A stretch of DNA of 62,508 bases, counting the filler, from Chrysochromulina tobinii (Eukaryota), in assembly GCA_001275005.1 (NCBI GenBank). It is 4 parts of 4 records of this genome, joined end to end, with 100 filler letters (N's around TTAATTAATTAA, not from the genome) between each part and the next. Parts side by side here need not be neighbours in the genome. Positions count along the whole stretch, not along the records: positions 11,495 to 32,749 come from JWZX01001070.1; positions 32,850 to 56,561 come from JWZX01001071.1; 2 more parts are not named here. One strand, 5' to 3'. Positions within the stretch are counted from its first letter, which is position 1. Each line of letters begins with the position of its first letter. The notes below the pieces were generated by a model, which was not told where the DNA came from, ran no database searches, and worked only from the letters and a program-made list of their open reading frames with translations. This document shows, piece after piece, positions 22,234-32,938 of the stretch. Made by a program: the position numbers and the translations under genes.

Positions 22234-23943
22234 ATGGCGGACTCAGTTCGACGGTTGGACTTGACTGTGATCCCGCCGCCGGCGAGCGCGTCGCTGCTGC
22301 CGGCGCAGCAGCAGCGTGGCGGCGCCTCCTCGGTCGCCGCCTCGCCGACGACGCCGCGGCCCGCCTCGGCGACATCCACAAACCACATCTTGAGACTTCG
22401 TGCTGCTCGGGAGCAGGCGCTGATCAAGGCGGGCGGGCTGGCTGCGGCGCGCGCCTTCGCCGAGAAGGCGCGGCGCGACGTGATTGCGCAGGTTGACCAG
22501 CACGCGCGAGAGGTGCAGGCGCGCCGCAACGCGCAGATTGCCAAGGTGTATGGAAAGCTGGCGACCTCGGCGGTTTCGCCGATTAAGTCGCAGGAGCGAT
22601 CCAAGCGCTTAAGCAGCGGCGCTGCCAGCCCTGGGTCGGGGCTCGAGGTCACGCGCACGCTGCTCGGCGAGGGCGCCACCTCGCGCGTCTACCTCGGCCG
22701 CTTTGGTCCGCGGCGCAGCGAGGTGGCGGCCAAGGTTGTGCGCAAGGAGGGCATGACCGCCGAGCAGCTCAGCTGGATCCGTGACGAGATCGCCATTCAC
22801 AAGCAGCTGCGCCATCCCCACGTGGTGACAATGCACGGCGCAAATGAGGCACCAACCACCATCACCATCGTCCTCGCCCTTTGCCGCGGCGGCTCACTCT
22901 GTGACACGATGGGCGCCGCGCTCGAGGGCCAGACGCCTATTGACGAAACCAAGGTGCATCGTACCTTCACGCAGCTGTGCGGCGCGCTGCACTACTGCCA
23001 CAGGCATGGCGTGGTGCACCGCGACATCAAGCTGGACAACCTCTGTTGGGCCGACGAGCGCGAAGAGCGCCTCAAGCTCATTGACTTTGGTTACGCGGCC
23101 AAGAGCAACCTCGCGGTCAACTTCGCAGGCTCGCCTCACTATGTGGCTCCTGAGGTGCATGCCGCGTTGGGCGACGACGCGCCCGAGTTCGTGTGCACGC
23201 AGGCCGACGTGTTCTCGTGCGGCGTGTGCCTGTTCGCCATGCTCGCCACCCAGCTCCCTTTTGGAGGAGGGGAGGACACCGAGGAGGAGAAGGCGGCGCT
23301 CAGTGCTAAGGTGCGAGCGGGCGTGTGGGACGATCCGCCTGCTTGGTCCGCTCCGTCGCGCTGCCCGGGCGCCCTCGACTTGGTCGTGCGCATGCTCCGC
23401 GTCGACCCGAATGCCCGTGCCACCCTCGATGACGTGTGCGAGCATGCGTGGGTCGGAGGAGCCGAAGCGGTACCTTGGAGGGGGTACGCGGAGCTGCTTG
23501 CGCTCGAGAGAGAGGCGGCCGCCGCGGCCAAGGCGCAACTCGTGCCCGCGAGCCCGCTCGCAAACTCGCCGCTGGCCAACGCGGCGGGGCGGCCGAGCAA
23601 GCCGGTGGCGGTGCTCGCGGGCGGCAGCGGCGTCGACCGCGGGCGGGCTGCTGCTGCTGCTGCTACAGCTGCCGCTGCTGCCGCTGCCGCCGCTGCCGCT
23701 GCTGCTGCCTTCGTCAAAGCTCATCCCGAGATTCCGACGAAGCAGCCTACCCTGATGGCACCGCCGATACCGCCGCCGCTCAAGGAGCGTACGCCCGACG
23801 ACGACGACGACGACGCGCACGACGACGCGAACGCTCACGACGACGCGAACGCTTCGCCTGCACATGAGGGGAGGGAGGCGGCGGAGGAGAGTGACAGCGC
23901 AGACCCACGTGCTGCCGAGGAGGCGGAGGAGGCGGAGGAGTGA
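22234..23943 (+). CDS. Ser/Thr protein kinase (CAMK-like)
   Basis: LGEGATSRV, VAAK, HRDIKLDN, IDFG, GSPHYVAPE, DVFSCGV; ATG 22234 divergent from hisC. Confidence 0.93.
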   Translation: MADSVRRLDLTVIPPPASASLLPAQQQRGGASSVAASPTTPRPASATSTNHILRLRAAREQALIKAGGLAAARAFAEKARRDVIAQVDQHAREVQARRNAQIAKVYGKLATSAVSPIKSQERSKRLSSGAASPGSGLEVTRTLLGEGATSRVYLGRFGPRRSEVAAKVVRKEGMTAEQLSWIRDEIAIHKQLRHPHVVTMHGANEAPTTITIVLALCRGGSLCDTMGAALEGQTPIDETKVHRTFTQLCGALHYCHRHGVVHRDIKLDNLCWADEREERLKLIDFGYAAKSNLAVNFAGSPHYVAPEVHAALGDDAPEFVCTQADVFSCGVCLFAMLATQLPFGGGEDTEEEKAALSAKVRAGVWDDPPAWSAPSRCPGALDLVVRMLRVDPNARATLDDVCEHAWVGGAEAVPWRGYAELLALEREAAAAAKAQLVPASPLANSPLANAAGRPSKPVAVLAGGSGVDRGRAAAAAATAAAAAAAAAAAAAAFVKAHPEIPTKQPTLMAPPIPPPLKERTPDDDDDDAHDDANAHDDANASPAHEGREAAEESDSADPRAAEEAEEAEE

Positions 23944-24158
23944 CGTGCGACGCGCGCGTCGACTTGCATACAGCGTATGTGGCCGTGATGCGTGAGACGA
24001 GAGAGCTCTTGATGAGAGGCCGGACGGAGCGCGCCGTGAGACCACCCGTGAGGCCCCGCTGTGCATATATTGCTGCAACGGAGCGCGTGCGCGCTCGGAC
24101 GTTCTGTCACGTGTAGCGTGCGGGCATCGATGATGATGTTTACGAGACCCGGAGGATT

Positions 24159-25193
24159 TTATCTGCGAAACGCAAAAGTGCGACTGCGTGGTCGATCTAA
24201 CTCTCGGGCTGCGATGCACGCACGCTGAAGCGGCTGCGGCATCGAGTTGAAGGCGTTGCCAAACGCCGCGTGGCCTCGAGGGCACCTCATCCCGTTCTGA
24301 TGGCGATTGCAGTCCATCCCGATGACGGGGCACTCAAACGGTTTGACACCCATCAAGTGAACAAATGGCCAACGCAGTGCCTTGGCAGGCGGCAGCCTGC
24401 TTTCTCGACAGAAGTCACTATTGAAAGGCGTCGCAGCGCGAAGTGCGCTGCTCTGATTGGCCTGCAAGCCATGCTGTGGCCTTGTGAACGGCTCGAGGGT
24501 CGACAGTTCGATAGTCTGCCCATGGAAGAAGGTGTTGAGCACCGACTGATCGCCGAGGTAATAGCGCGCATCCACCGTGCGCCAATGTAAGGGCTGCGTC
24601 GCGCTGCGCAGCAAGCGGGCGAGCGTGCAGAGCCCCGGCTTGAGCAGCATCGCGCCGGAATTGAATCGTGGCCACGCGTTCTCCATGAACGCAGCGACTT
24701 GCACGCGCTCGTCATCGAATGCAGCATGGCGACGCTGCAGCATCTCGTCTGTGCTTGGTAACAAGGGCAGCATGTCCGTGTCGAGCGCAAAGACGACGGC
24801 TTGCTCCAGCGCCCAGAAGTTAAACTTGGACCAAAGAGTCGCACGATCCTCTGCACCTTTTGGATCGCGCACTCGCGGCAGCCAGCGCACGATCCAGCCC
24901 GCTGCGCGAAGGGTGGACTCGACCATGGGAGGCATGGGTGGCACGAGGACAGCGATGCGCGGCAGCCTCGTGTTTAAAGCGTGGCCGAGCACCAGCGCGC
25001 CGCAGATTTGCGATGGTGCTCCGAACAACATCGTGGCAAATGCAGATCCACGGCGGGGTTCCCTCGTCTTGCGCTCACAGGCGCAAGCCTGCTCCGCCGC
25101 TGTGACGAGGACTGAGTGCGTTGTTGCGACTTGCGTTACATTCCTCCACGGCAAGGCGCAATCGACCATTTTACCGGGATGGTCGCGCTGCAT
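24159..25193 (-). CDS. Glycosyltransferase family 8 (glycogenin-like)
   Basis: AFATML, LVLGHAL, SKFNFWAL, LDTD (DxD), FNSG, GDQSVLN, VHLMGVKP. Confidence 0.85.
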   Translation of the reverse strand: MQRDHPGKMVDCALPWRNVTQVATTHSVLVTAAEQACACERKTREPRRGSAFATMLFGAPSQICGALVLGHALNTRLPRIAVLVPPMPPMVESTLRAAGWIVRWLPRVRDPKGAEDRATLWSKFNFWALEQAVVFALDTDMLPLLPSTDEMLQRRHAAFDDERVQVAAFMENAWPRFNSGAMLLKPGLCTLARLLRSATQPLHWRTVDARYYLGDQSVLNTFFHGQTIELSTLEPFTRPQHGLQANQSSALRAATPFNSDFCRESRLPPAKALRWPFVHLMGVKPFECPVIGMDCNRHQNGMRCPRGHAAFGNAFNSMPQPLQRACIAARELDRPRSRTFAFRR

Positions 25194-25497
25194 CGCAAAA
25201 TCGAACTGCGGCCTCTTCTGAGGGGTTTGGCACCAGGGTCGTTCTTGGCGACTGGGTTCGGTAGTGGAGATTCGTCTGTGAACGTTCACACGAAACGCGC
25301 GACATCCGGTACTGTCGTCCGTGTGTCTGTCCCGCGGCTCCCCCCGGTGTTATTTAACCAGTGAGAACTCAACAAATGTCATTCTAGTAATCAACCCCGA
25401 GCCCGGCTCCCGGGTGTTAAGGGTGTGTGTGTGCGCGAATCGCCCATGGGCAGTAATTTCGTGTCGTCACGCGCGCCACCGGCTAAGCTCCGAGTAC

Positions 25498-26832
25498 CTA
25501 GAGCTGTGGGCTCGCCGATGGGCACACAAACGGATCGAGGTCGCCTCGAACCACTCGATCCAGATCCAGCTGAACGAGTGGCACCGCACGGCCCGTGGCG
25601 TTGAAAAAGGAACTTGCCGCCCGACGCGCCGAAGGACACAGCAATCGCACAAGCCCTCGACGAGAGGCATCGGCGCCGGTGGCGGGCAACATGGTGCAGT
25701 CCCTCGCGACCGTCTCTCTTAATAGTGCATCGTAGCCGCGGCGCACAGTCTCATCTTTGGCTGAGCTACAGCAGGTCCCGTCATGTTGACTGGCGTTGTG
25801 CTCGATGGTTGAGACAACTTGTACAAAGGCCGTGAGAGGAAGCTCCTCGGCACTTGCGCGCGTGAATTTCAACGCATCCCAGCTGCCCATCACGACTTCG
25901 TTGTAGCCAAAGCAGCACCCGTGTCGTGGTGCCTGTCCGCCACCGCCTCCTCGAGTTGGCTCGCATTCAAGGGCGCTATAGTTCAATTCGTGCCGAATCG
26001 CAGCGAATTCGTCAAAGTCGGCCGGTGCAAAGGGGCACGCGCGCAAGCTCTCGGGATTGAGAGGCTCCCCGGCAGCAAAGTAAAGGTTCCGGAGAGAGGA
26101 CACGTTGTGCTCTTGCATGGCTTCCGCGCGCGCGGTCGCGTTGTGGCATGGCCACGCGGGCTTGACGTCGGCTATGGTGCGACATTCCGCCTCCGTCCTG
26201 GCAGCGTCCAGGAGGCGGTCCTCCTCCGTGGGAGCGCGCCATCGACGCCGTTGCGCGTCCTTGGAGCGCCGTCGGATCGTCTTACCGTCGAGCACGAAAA
26301 AGCAGCGCGGAAGCAACCTTGGATCCGATGGTCGATCAAAGGTGCTGATGGTGCCTGCGCGACCGCACACGCACACGCTCAGCGCGAGGAGCACACTATG
26401 GCAACTTTCAGCCTACGGCGCGTGCAACCTACCGCCTGCAGGCCAAGAGTAAAACAGTGGCCGAGCATTGGTGGCCATGACATCGGCCCGCAAGAAGGAA
26501 GCAGCGCCGTGCGATGACTGCCAGCAGCTCAGATGCCCACAATTATTTGCTCTCTCTGCATTGAGCCAGTACTGATCGTAAGTATACAACTGCAAAAAAA
26601 GGCCAGTGCAATACACACCAGAGCAGCGATTTAGCGATGGTGAAATACTACTCCGCGGATCGCGGTAGAGCGAGTTAAGCCGCCTGATTGTCGAGGTCGC
26701 ATCGATGTTGCCGAGTGCGGGCTGCAAGCACGAAGCCTGGTTCGATACTTCCTCCACGTGGGCCTTTTGGTCACTCAGCTTCGAGACACCCATCCTGACC
26801 GCCGAGGAGGTCGACCGCTGAGCAGTGCGCAT
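25498..26832 (-). pseudogene. Uncharacterised protein interrupted by an in-frame TAG at 26413-26415 (pseudogene or sequence error)
   Basis: ORFs 26413-26844 and 25498-26394 are in the same frame, separated by one stop; protein-like composition (YNEVV...LP..AFV...VPLVQLDL). Confidence 0.45.
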
Positions 26833-27143
26833 GCGCCGCGTCACCGCCAGCTGCGTTGGCTCGCGACAAAGACATGCCGTGCAAGGGTTCGGGTCAAAGT
26901 TTCCTTTTTCAGCAAGTTAGTTAAAAAGTGTGGAACGAATTGCAGGCTTACCTAACCTTCTATACGCATTGACAGTCGGCCTTTATGGCTACGCTACGCG
27001 CCTACTAGCCATGTGTGCAACTCAGGCTGGGGGCTAGCGCACGGACCCGCCCCCCACCCCAGCCGGCAGCATGGTGCATGCAGCCAGGCGGGGCCGGGAG
27101 ACACGACAGGAGTCAGGGCACGGGCTCCGCTACAGCTGTGTAG

Positions 27144-30100
27144 CTACATGGCTATGTACGGCGTACTAGTGTGGGTAGCAGTCATGTGCATGTCGTCCGC
27201 GTCCGCATGATTCAGAAGCAGTGCGCATCCTTTTGTAGGCTTGCTCCACTTCGCATAGGCCCAACCACCCATCAGGGCAGCCCCAACTCCCAGTGCCACG
27301 CCACCGGCAACGGCAAGGATGACGAGTTGCTGGAGATCTTCTTTGGCAGAATAGGGAGCGGAGCCGCCGGGGAGCTTGATCGCTGCCACAAAGGGGGTCA
27401 GGTAGAGGTTGAGCGCTCCGCTCTCCGCATCCGTGCTGCCGACGATGTCGAAGCCGAGAGTGCTCCCATTGAGCTGAAGCACTCCGATGCGCGCAGCAGG
27501 CGGCGAGCTGGCGGCCTCCGGATAGCTCAGGGGCCCCGTGACGCCGTCAACGTCGGCCGCGCGCAGCTCGGCGACGAGGCTGCGGGCTGGTGAGCTGTCG
27601 CTGAAGCTCGCGGGCGAGCCCGCACGAGTAGCCGCGTCGTGCACGAGCTTCACGGCGTCGTAACTGTACGCTGCCCATGAGGACGTGGGCGCGAAGCCAT
27701 ACGCGCGCTCAAAGTCGCGTTCAAAGTCGCGCATCGAAGCGGACGCGCGGACGGGGCTCCCGAGGTACGTAACATAGCCCGTGGCTGTGCGAGCCACCTG
27801 TCGTCCCCATGGTGAGTGCCAGCCGCCCGCCGGATGCACCTCCTCTGTTGCGAGCCACGTGTACTCCGCCGCGCCGTCTTGGGCGCCGTCTCCCCGCCCG
27901 TGCGCGTGGTCTCCGTCTCCGTCTTCCACCTCGTGATGGCCATGCGAACGGCCTTGCTGTTGGTGCCCGTGTCCGTGGTCGTGGTCATCGCGGAGAGGAT
28001 GGTCATGGCGGCCACGACCACGAAGGACGTCGTCGCCGCCGTCGCTGCCAGAGCGGCCCATGCCAAGCGCGGCGGCCGCGGCGAAGACGCATTCAGTGGA
28101 AGGGCCGGTGGCAGAGACGATGATGGTGCGTGCGCCGCTCGCGCGCACTGCCTCGACGACCCGCGCGACGACGGCCACATTCGAGGCGTTTGCAGCGCAG
28201 CCGTCGCCAATGAGCGCTCCCGTCGACGGGTCCGTGCTCGCAAACGTTTGAATGGTGAGGACTGGGATGTGATGGGCTCTCGCGCTCGCTTCGATCACTC
28301 GCATGCCCGACAGCCCGAAGGAATCCTCGCTCGCGAGGATGGCTATGGGAGGCATCCGGGATGGCTCTGGAGCGTGTGCGGTGCGCGGCGGCGATGCGAG
28401 TGCCGCACGCTGCCTCACAACGTCCACGAGCAGCGCGGCCGCGCGGGAATCGGAGTAGATCGTTCGGAACACGTTGGGTGCCACGTCGAGCTCCGCGGAG
28501 GTGGCGCCCGCCGACACGAGCGCCACGCCATGAGGGGCGAGGAACGCCGCCGCCTCGACAGCCACCCGCGACCAGTCGGCGCCCAGCACGGCGTCGACGC
28601 CCTCGCGCACCATCGCTGCAAGGCTCACGTTCAAGCCGGCAGTGCTCCCGTTGGTCTCCACGAGGCTCACGAGCTCGAGGCGAAGTGGCGCCGTATCGGG
28701 CGTTGGCGACGCCGTGGCGGGCGTGCTGCTACTCGCAGCTGAGGGGAGGCACTGGGCGGCGACGCGCGTCGCCTCGTTGAGCTGCTTGACGGCCAACTCG
28801 ACCGCGAGCCGGCCGTCGCGCCCCCAGTTAGCGAGCGTGCCATCAGGGTAGTACGAGCTCGCGAGATACCCCAATCGGAGCGTCCTGGGCTGTAACGGCT
28901 GTAAAAGCTGTAACGGCTGTAACGGCTGTAACGGCTGTAACGGCTGTAACGGCTGTAACGGCTGCTTGGTTTGAATTTGATTGGCCCTCGGGACGTATGA
29001 GCTCGCTTCGTCAAGGCCAGTTTGGTGCTCGGCGCCCATCTCGGCGCCCATCGCAGTCGCATTGGCCCTCAGGACGTATGAGCTCGCCTCCTCAAGGCCA
29101 GCAGCGCACGCGCCGTCGGCGTGATCCCACTCGCCCTCGAGCAGCAGCAGCTTGTAGATCGCCGTCGCCGCCTCCGCGTCGCCTGCGAGCGCGAGTGCGC
29201 GGGCCTGCCCCAGACGACAAAGCGGCATGCGAGGGTGCATCGTTGGTGCGAGGCATTGCTCGAACGCAGCCGCGCCAGCTCTCGCGTGTGCGGCGCGCGC
29301 GCTTGGCTCGAGCTCGCGCGAGCTCGATAGCATGAGATTCGTCAAGCCCTCGAGCGCGGAAGACGGCGCAAAGAAGAGCGTGACGCTCGATGGGATCTGC
29401 AAGTCCGCCGCGTCGGTCTCGAGAACCGTGGCGCGCGCGAGGAGCTCGAGGGCGGTGCTCGTGTTCCCGACGGCCAGGGCCATCAGGCTGCGCACCTGCA
29501 GCTCGAGGGCGGCCACTCCGCTCCCCTCGTGCGCCTGCCCAGCCGCCTCGTAGTGCAATCTCGCGCGGGAGATCACGTCGAGGCAGCGCGCGACACGCTC
29601 TGCCAGGCACCCATCCTCGGAGGAGCACACCCCTCGAATGTAACCGCCGCGCGCGAGCTGCCGGAGCGCCACGACGGCGCCCTCACGTGCGCCCACGACG
29701 GCGCCGTGTTGAGCGCGGCGCTCGCTCAGGAGCTCGTACAGGGAAGCGAGCGCGATCGCATTGTGCAGGGCGGCATCGGCCAGCGGAGAGTAGAAGGAGT
29801 GCGAGAACACGGTCGCGCCTTGCCATGAGAGGGGCAGAGGAGGCACGGAGGTGATCAGTCCACGCCAGTCCACGGTGGACTGCGCGTCGGCGGCGCCGAG
29901 CCATTCGCTCATGAGGGACCAGAGGGCTTGGCGCGCCGTCATGGCGCTGTACCACTGCAGCTGTGTGGTCGCATTGTACCATGCTGCCCCTACAAAGTCC
30001 GCAAAGTCGTCTGGGCCGAGGGCCGAGGGCGAGGGCATCAATGACCAAGCGCGCCCTGCCCCAACTGTTTGCCCAGTCGCGTACGCCATTCGTGCCACGC

Positions 30101-31398
30101 GGTGGCGCGCCGGGCGGAGCCTGCAGCCCTGCAGCAGCTCGTACTGCTCATACTCGAGCGAGTGGTACATGTTGCCCGCGTTGAATGAGAAGCCAAAGCC
30201 TCCGCCGACGGAGATCGGACCTCCACTAGCTGGCCCATCCCCTCCTTGGGCGAGAGCACCGGAGCTGGCGAACGCGTCGGCGTCCGCCACCGAGGCGTTG
30301 TTGGCCTCGGCAGCATCGCGCCACCGGCCGAGCCGATCGTAGATGTGGCTGGGCATGTGGAGCGAGTGCGTGGCCGACGCCACCGCGCGAGGGTAGCGCT
30401 GCGCGTAAGGCAGTCCCCCGGTGTACACGCTCGCATTCGGAAAGTCGTGCGCATGCATGCCATAACTGCTCCACACGAATCGATCGGCGCGGGCGGGGAG
30501 TGAGCAGGTGCAGGCGCGAGTCGCACAGCAGGGCGAGCGCGTCCGCCAGCCTGGGCAGCGCCCGACTCGGCGCCTGCCTGGGTTCGAAGCGCCCGACTCG
30601 GCGCCTGGGTTCGAAGCGCCCGACTCGGCGCCTGGGTTCGAAGCGCCGGGCCGCGCACTGCAAGGTCCCGCTGAAGTTGGCATCTTTCTCGTAAGCGGCC
30701 GCCGAGAGGACGCGGGCTTGCTCCTGCATGGTGACGCAATAGGCGTTTCGCGGCTCACGGGCGCACACGCCGACGGACCCGACCGCGAGTGACGCAAGCA
30801 CGGTGAAGGACTTGGCCGTCTCGTCCGCCGGATGCCTCGCCGCGATCGCGCTTACGGCAGCGAGGTAGGCTGCATATCGAATGGGCCGTGTCAGCCTCGC
30901 TTCCTCCGGCGTCACCGGAGGCTTGGTTCCATTCGGAGCCAAGTTGAGCGCCATGGCCGACGCAAAGTAGTCCTGCTCACGCGCGCTCATGCTGCCCGGA
31001 AAAGCAGGATCACGCCGCGCAGCTTCGAGCACGTCCAAGGACTCGGACGTGTCCTCAGCGTTCCAAATCTGGCGTGAGTTGCAAAGCGCGCGGCCCCAGG
31101 CAGCGAGGAATAGCGTGGGCTCGATGGCGCGCGCGAGATCGAACTCATACTTGCACAAGTCATACATGAAGTTGTGCAGCGCCTTGAGACCCAGCACAAA
31201 GTGCGCGGCCGCGCTTGAATTGGCCGATGAGAAGGAAAAACTCTGCACATTGCCGAGGGCAGAGGTGGGGCAATCTCGGAGCAGCTTGCGCTCCCACGGG
31301 TCGACTTCCGGAGCATCGAGGAACGGGTTCTCGACGCAGCTTGCGGCGTCCATTCCCATTGGGAGCACCTCGGGGTACAGTTGGAGCGACCAGGACAC
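27144..31398 (-). CDS. TPR-type protein fused to a type-1 periplasmic-binding (Venus-flytrap) domain and C-terminal TM helix; intron 30466-30658; start uncertain
   Basis: Splicing restores GTLHYGMHAHD; HSLHMPSHIYDRLGRW; GVDAVLG..S, VSAGATSAEL, VFRTIYSDS, AAYSYDAV, GVTGPLSY; hydrophobic LVILAVAGGVALGVGAALMGGW. Confidence 0.8.
28889..28963. repeat. 9-bp coding tandem repeat (QPL)n
   Basis: (GCTGTAACG)n on + strand. Confidence 0.9.
30556..30650. repeat. 27-bp intronic tandem repeat containing GGGTTCGAAGC
   Basis: CCTGGGTTCGAAGCGCCCGACTCGGCG about 3 copies inside intron 30466-30658. Confidence 0.9.
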
Positions 31399-31500
31399 GA
31401 TTCTTCATCAACAAGATTCGCCATCAACGGTTTCTATGCAGTATTTACCAAATCGAGCACCGCTATGATATAACAGCATTCGAGCATTGTAAACCGTCTT

Positions 31501-32616
31501 CTATAGTCCTACGACCTGTTGCCGACTCGAGACCCAGGGCGTTCCGATGGGCGACATTTGAGTCGTCTGGCGAGCCGGCGTGCTCTTGATCACCTCGCTA
31601 TGCCGTGCGTGATCCGCTTGGAGATCGTCCAGATGTGAGCCGTCCCGGCACAGCGTTCGCAGCGCTGGAGGCAACTCGTCCAAATGCGAGTCGTGGCTCA
31701 GCTTCACCGGAGGCGCGGCTGGCGGCGCGCTGGGAGTGGCTGGCGGCGCAGGCGGCGACGGCGGCACTTTGAAGCGGCCTGATCTGAATCTTGCGCCGAA
31801 AGTTCGAACTGCGTCAGCGAGCGTTGGCGCCTCTCCGGCGACGCGGGCTGATTTAAGCGGCGAGGGAAGCTTCGGCGCGTCCGGCATTGTCTTGGTGTGA
31901 CCCCTGCTTCTCACGGCCAACGATGGGTGCTTCACGAGGTAGCGTCTGATGCCGCCACCCTCCAGCAAGCCCCGCTCGACGGGCACGACCATTTTCTCCT
32001 TCTTCATCATCATCGCTGCAGCAGCTGCTGCAGGCGCTGCTCCGGCAGCCGCTCCGGCAGGCTGCTCCGCAACGTCCGCCAGGCTGTTCGACGGTCGTGA
32101 TGACAAGTGCTGCTCCGCATAGTCAGTAAAGCTGATCGACGGTCGTAATGACTCCTCGTCCAGGGACTGCCCGCTCTGGGACTGTCCGCTCTGGGACTGC
32201 TCATCCGCCCAGCCGCATCTCAGGAGCTCTGGCGGAAGAGGCTCCGGAGACGCCGCCGGCGGAAGAGGCTCGATCGCCGGCACGTCCACAGACAGCAGCG
32301 GTGCAGCGGCTGCTTTAGCTACCACGACTTGAACAGTGTGTTGGAAGTCTCCGTACTTCTTGCTGGAGGTTGGTGGCGACGTCCCTCGTGAAGGTTCGCG
32401 TCTTAAATGTGCCCGTGCTGATTCCAGGATGACACTCTGGAACTTTTGGGTCGGTTGTGAGGGTATTGGGTAGGGCCGAGCGCCGCCACCACCGTACCGT
32501 TGCCGGCTGCTGTTCGACAGGCTGAGTAACAGTGCCACATAGATGGCATGCTCGCGCAGACGGACTTCTTCCTCATGAGATAGAGGTCCCTCGTGCTGAG
32601 AGCCGCTATTGCCCAT
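31501..32616 (-). CDS. Uncharacterised Pro-rich protein with N-myristoylation-like start
   Basis: 371-aa ORF starting MGNSGS (MGxxxS). Confidence 0.6.
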   Translation of the reverse strand: MGNSGSQHEGPLSHEEEVRLREHAIYVALLLSLSNSSRQRYGGGGARPYPIPSQPTQKFQSVILESARAHLRREPSRGTSPPTSSKKYGDFQHTVQVVVAKAAAAPLLSVDVPAIEPLPPAASPEPLPPELLRCGWADEQSQSGQSQSGQSLDEESLRPSISFTDYAEQHLSSRPSNSLADVAEQPAGAAAGAAPAAAAAAMMMKKEKMVVPVERGLLEGGGIRRYLVKHPSLAVRSRGHTKTMPDAPKLPSPLKSARVAGEAPTLADAVRTFGARFRSGRFKVPPSPPAPPATPSAPPAAPPVKLSHDSHLDELPPALRTLCRDGSHLDDLQADHARHSEVIKSTPARQTTQMSPIGTPWVSSRQQVVGL

Positions 32617-32749
32617 GAGGGCGTGCCGCGAGAGACGCAGCCAAAAGGTTGAGAGTCCAAGATTGAGAAAGGGTCAGTTGAATCGACACACAAGGTACCG
32701 ACCAGCCACTACCACGCGAAACACTGCCACGCAGTGGTCGCGTCGCTCG

Positions 32750-32849
32750 NNNNNNNNNNNNNNNNNNNNNNNNNNNNNNNNNNNNNNNNNNNNTTAATTA
32801 ATTAANNNNNNNNNNNNNNNNNNNNNNNNNNNNNNNNNNNNNNNNNNNN
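32750..32849. other. Artificial contig linker
   Basis: N44-TTAATTAATTAA-N44. Confidence 0.98.
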
Positions 32850-32938
32850 CCCCGCCCACGCCTCCACCCCCATCTCCACCGCCGGCTCCTCGCCAGCCAC
32901 CCTTACCACTCCTGCCACCTGCGCCTGTCTTTCCAAGC

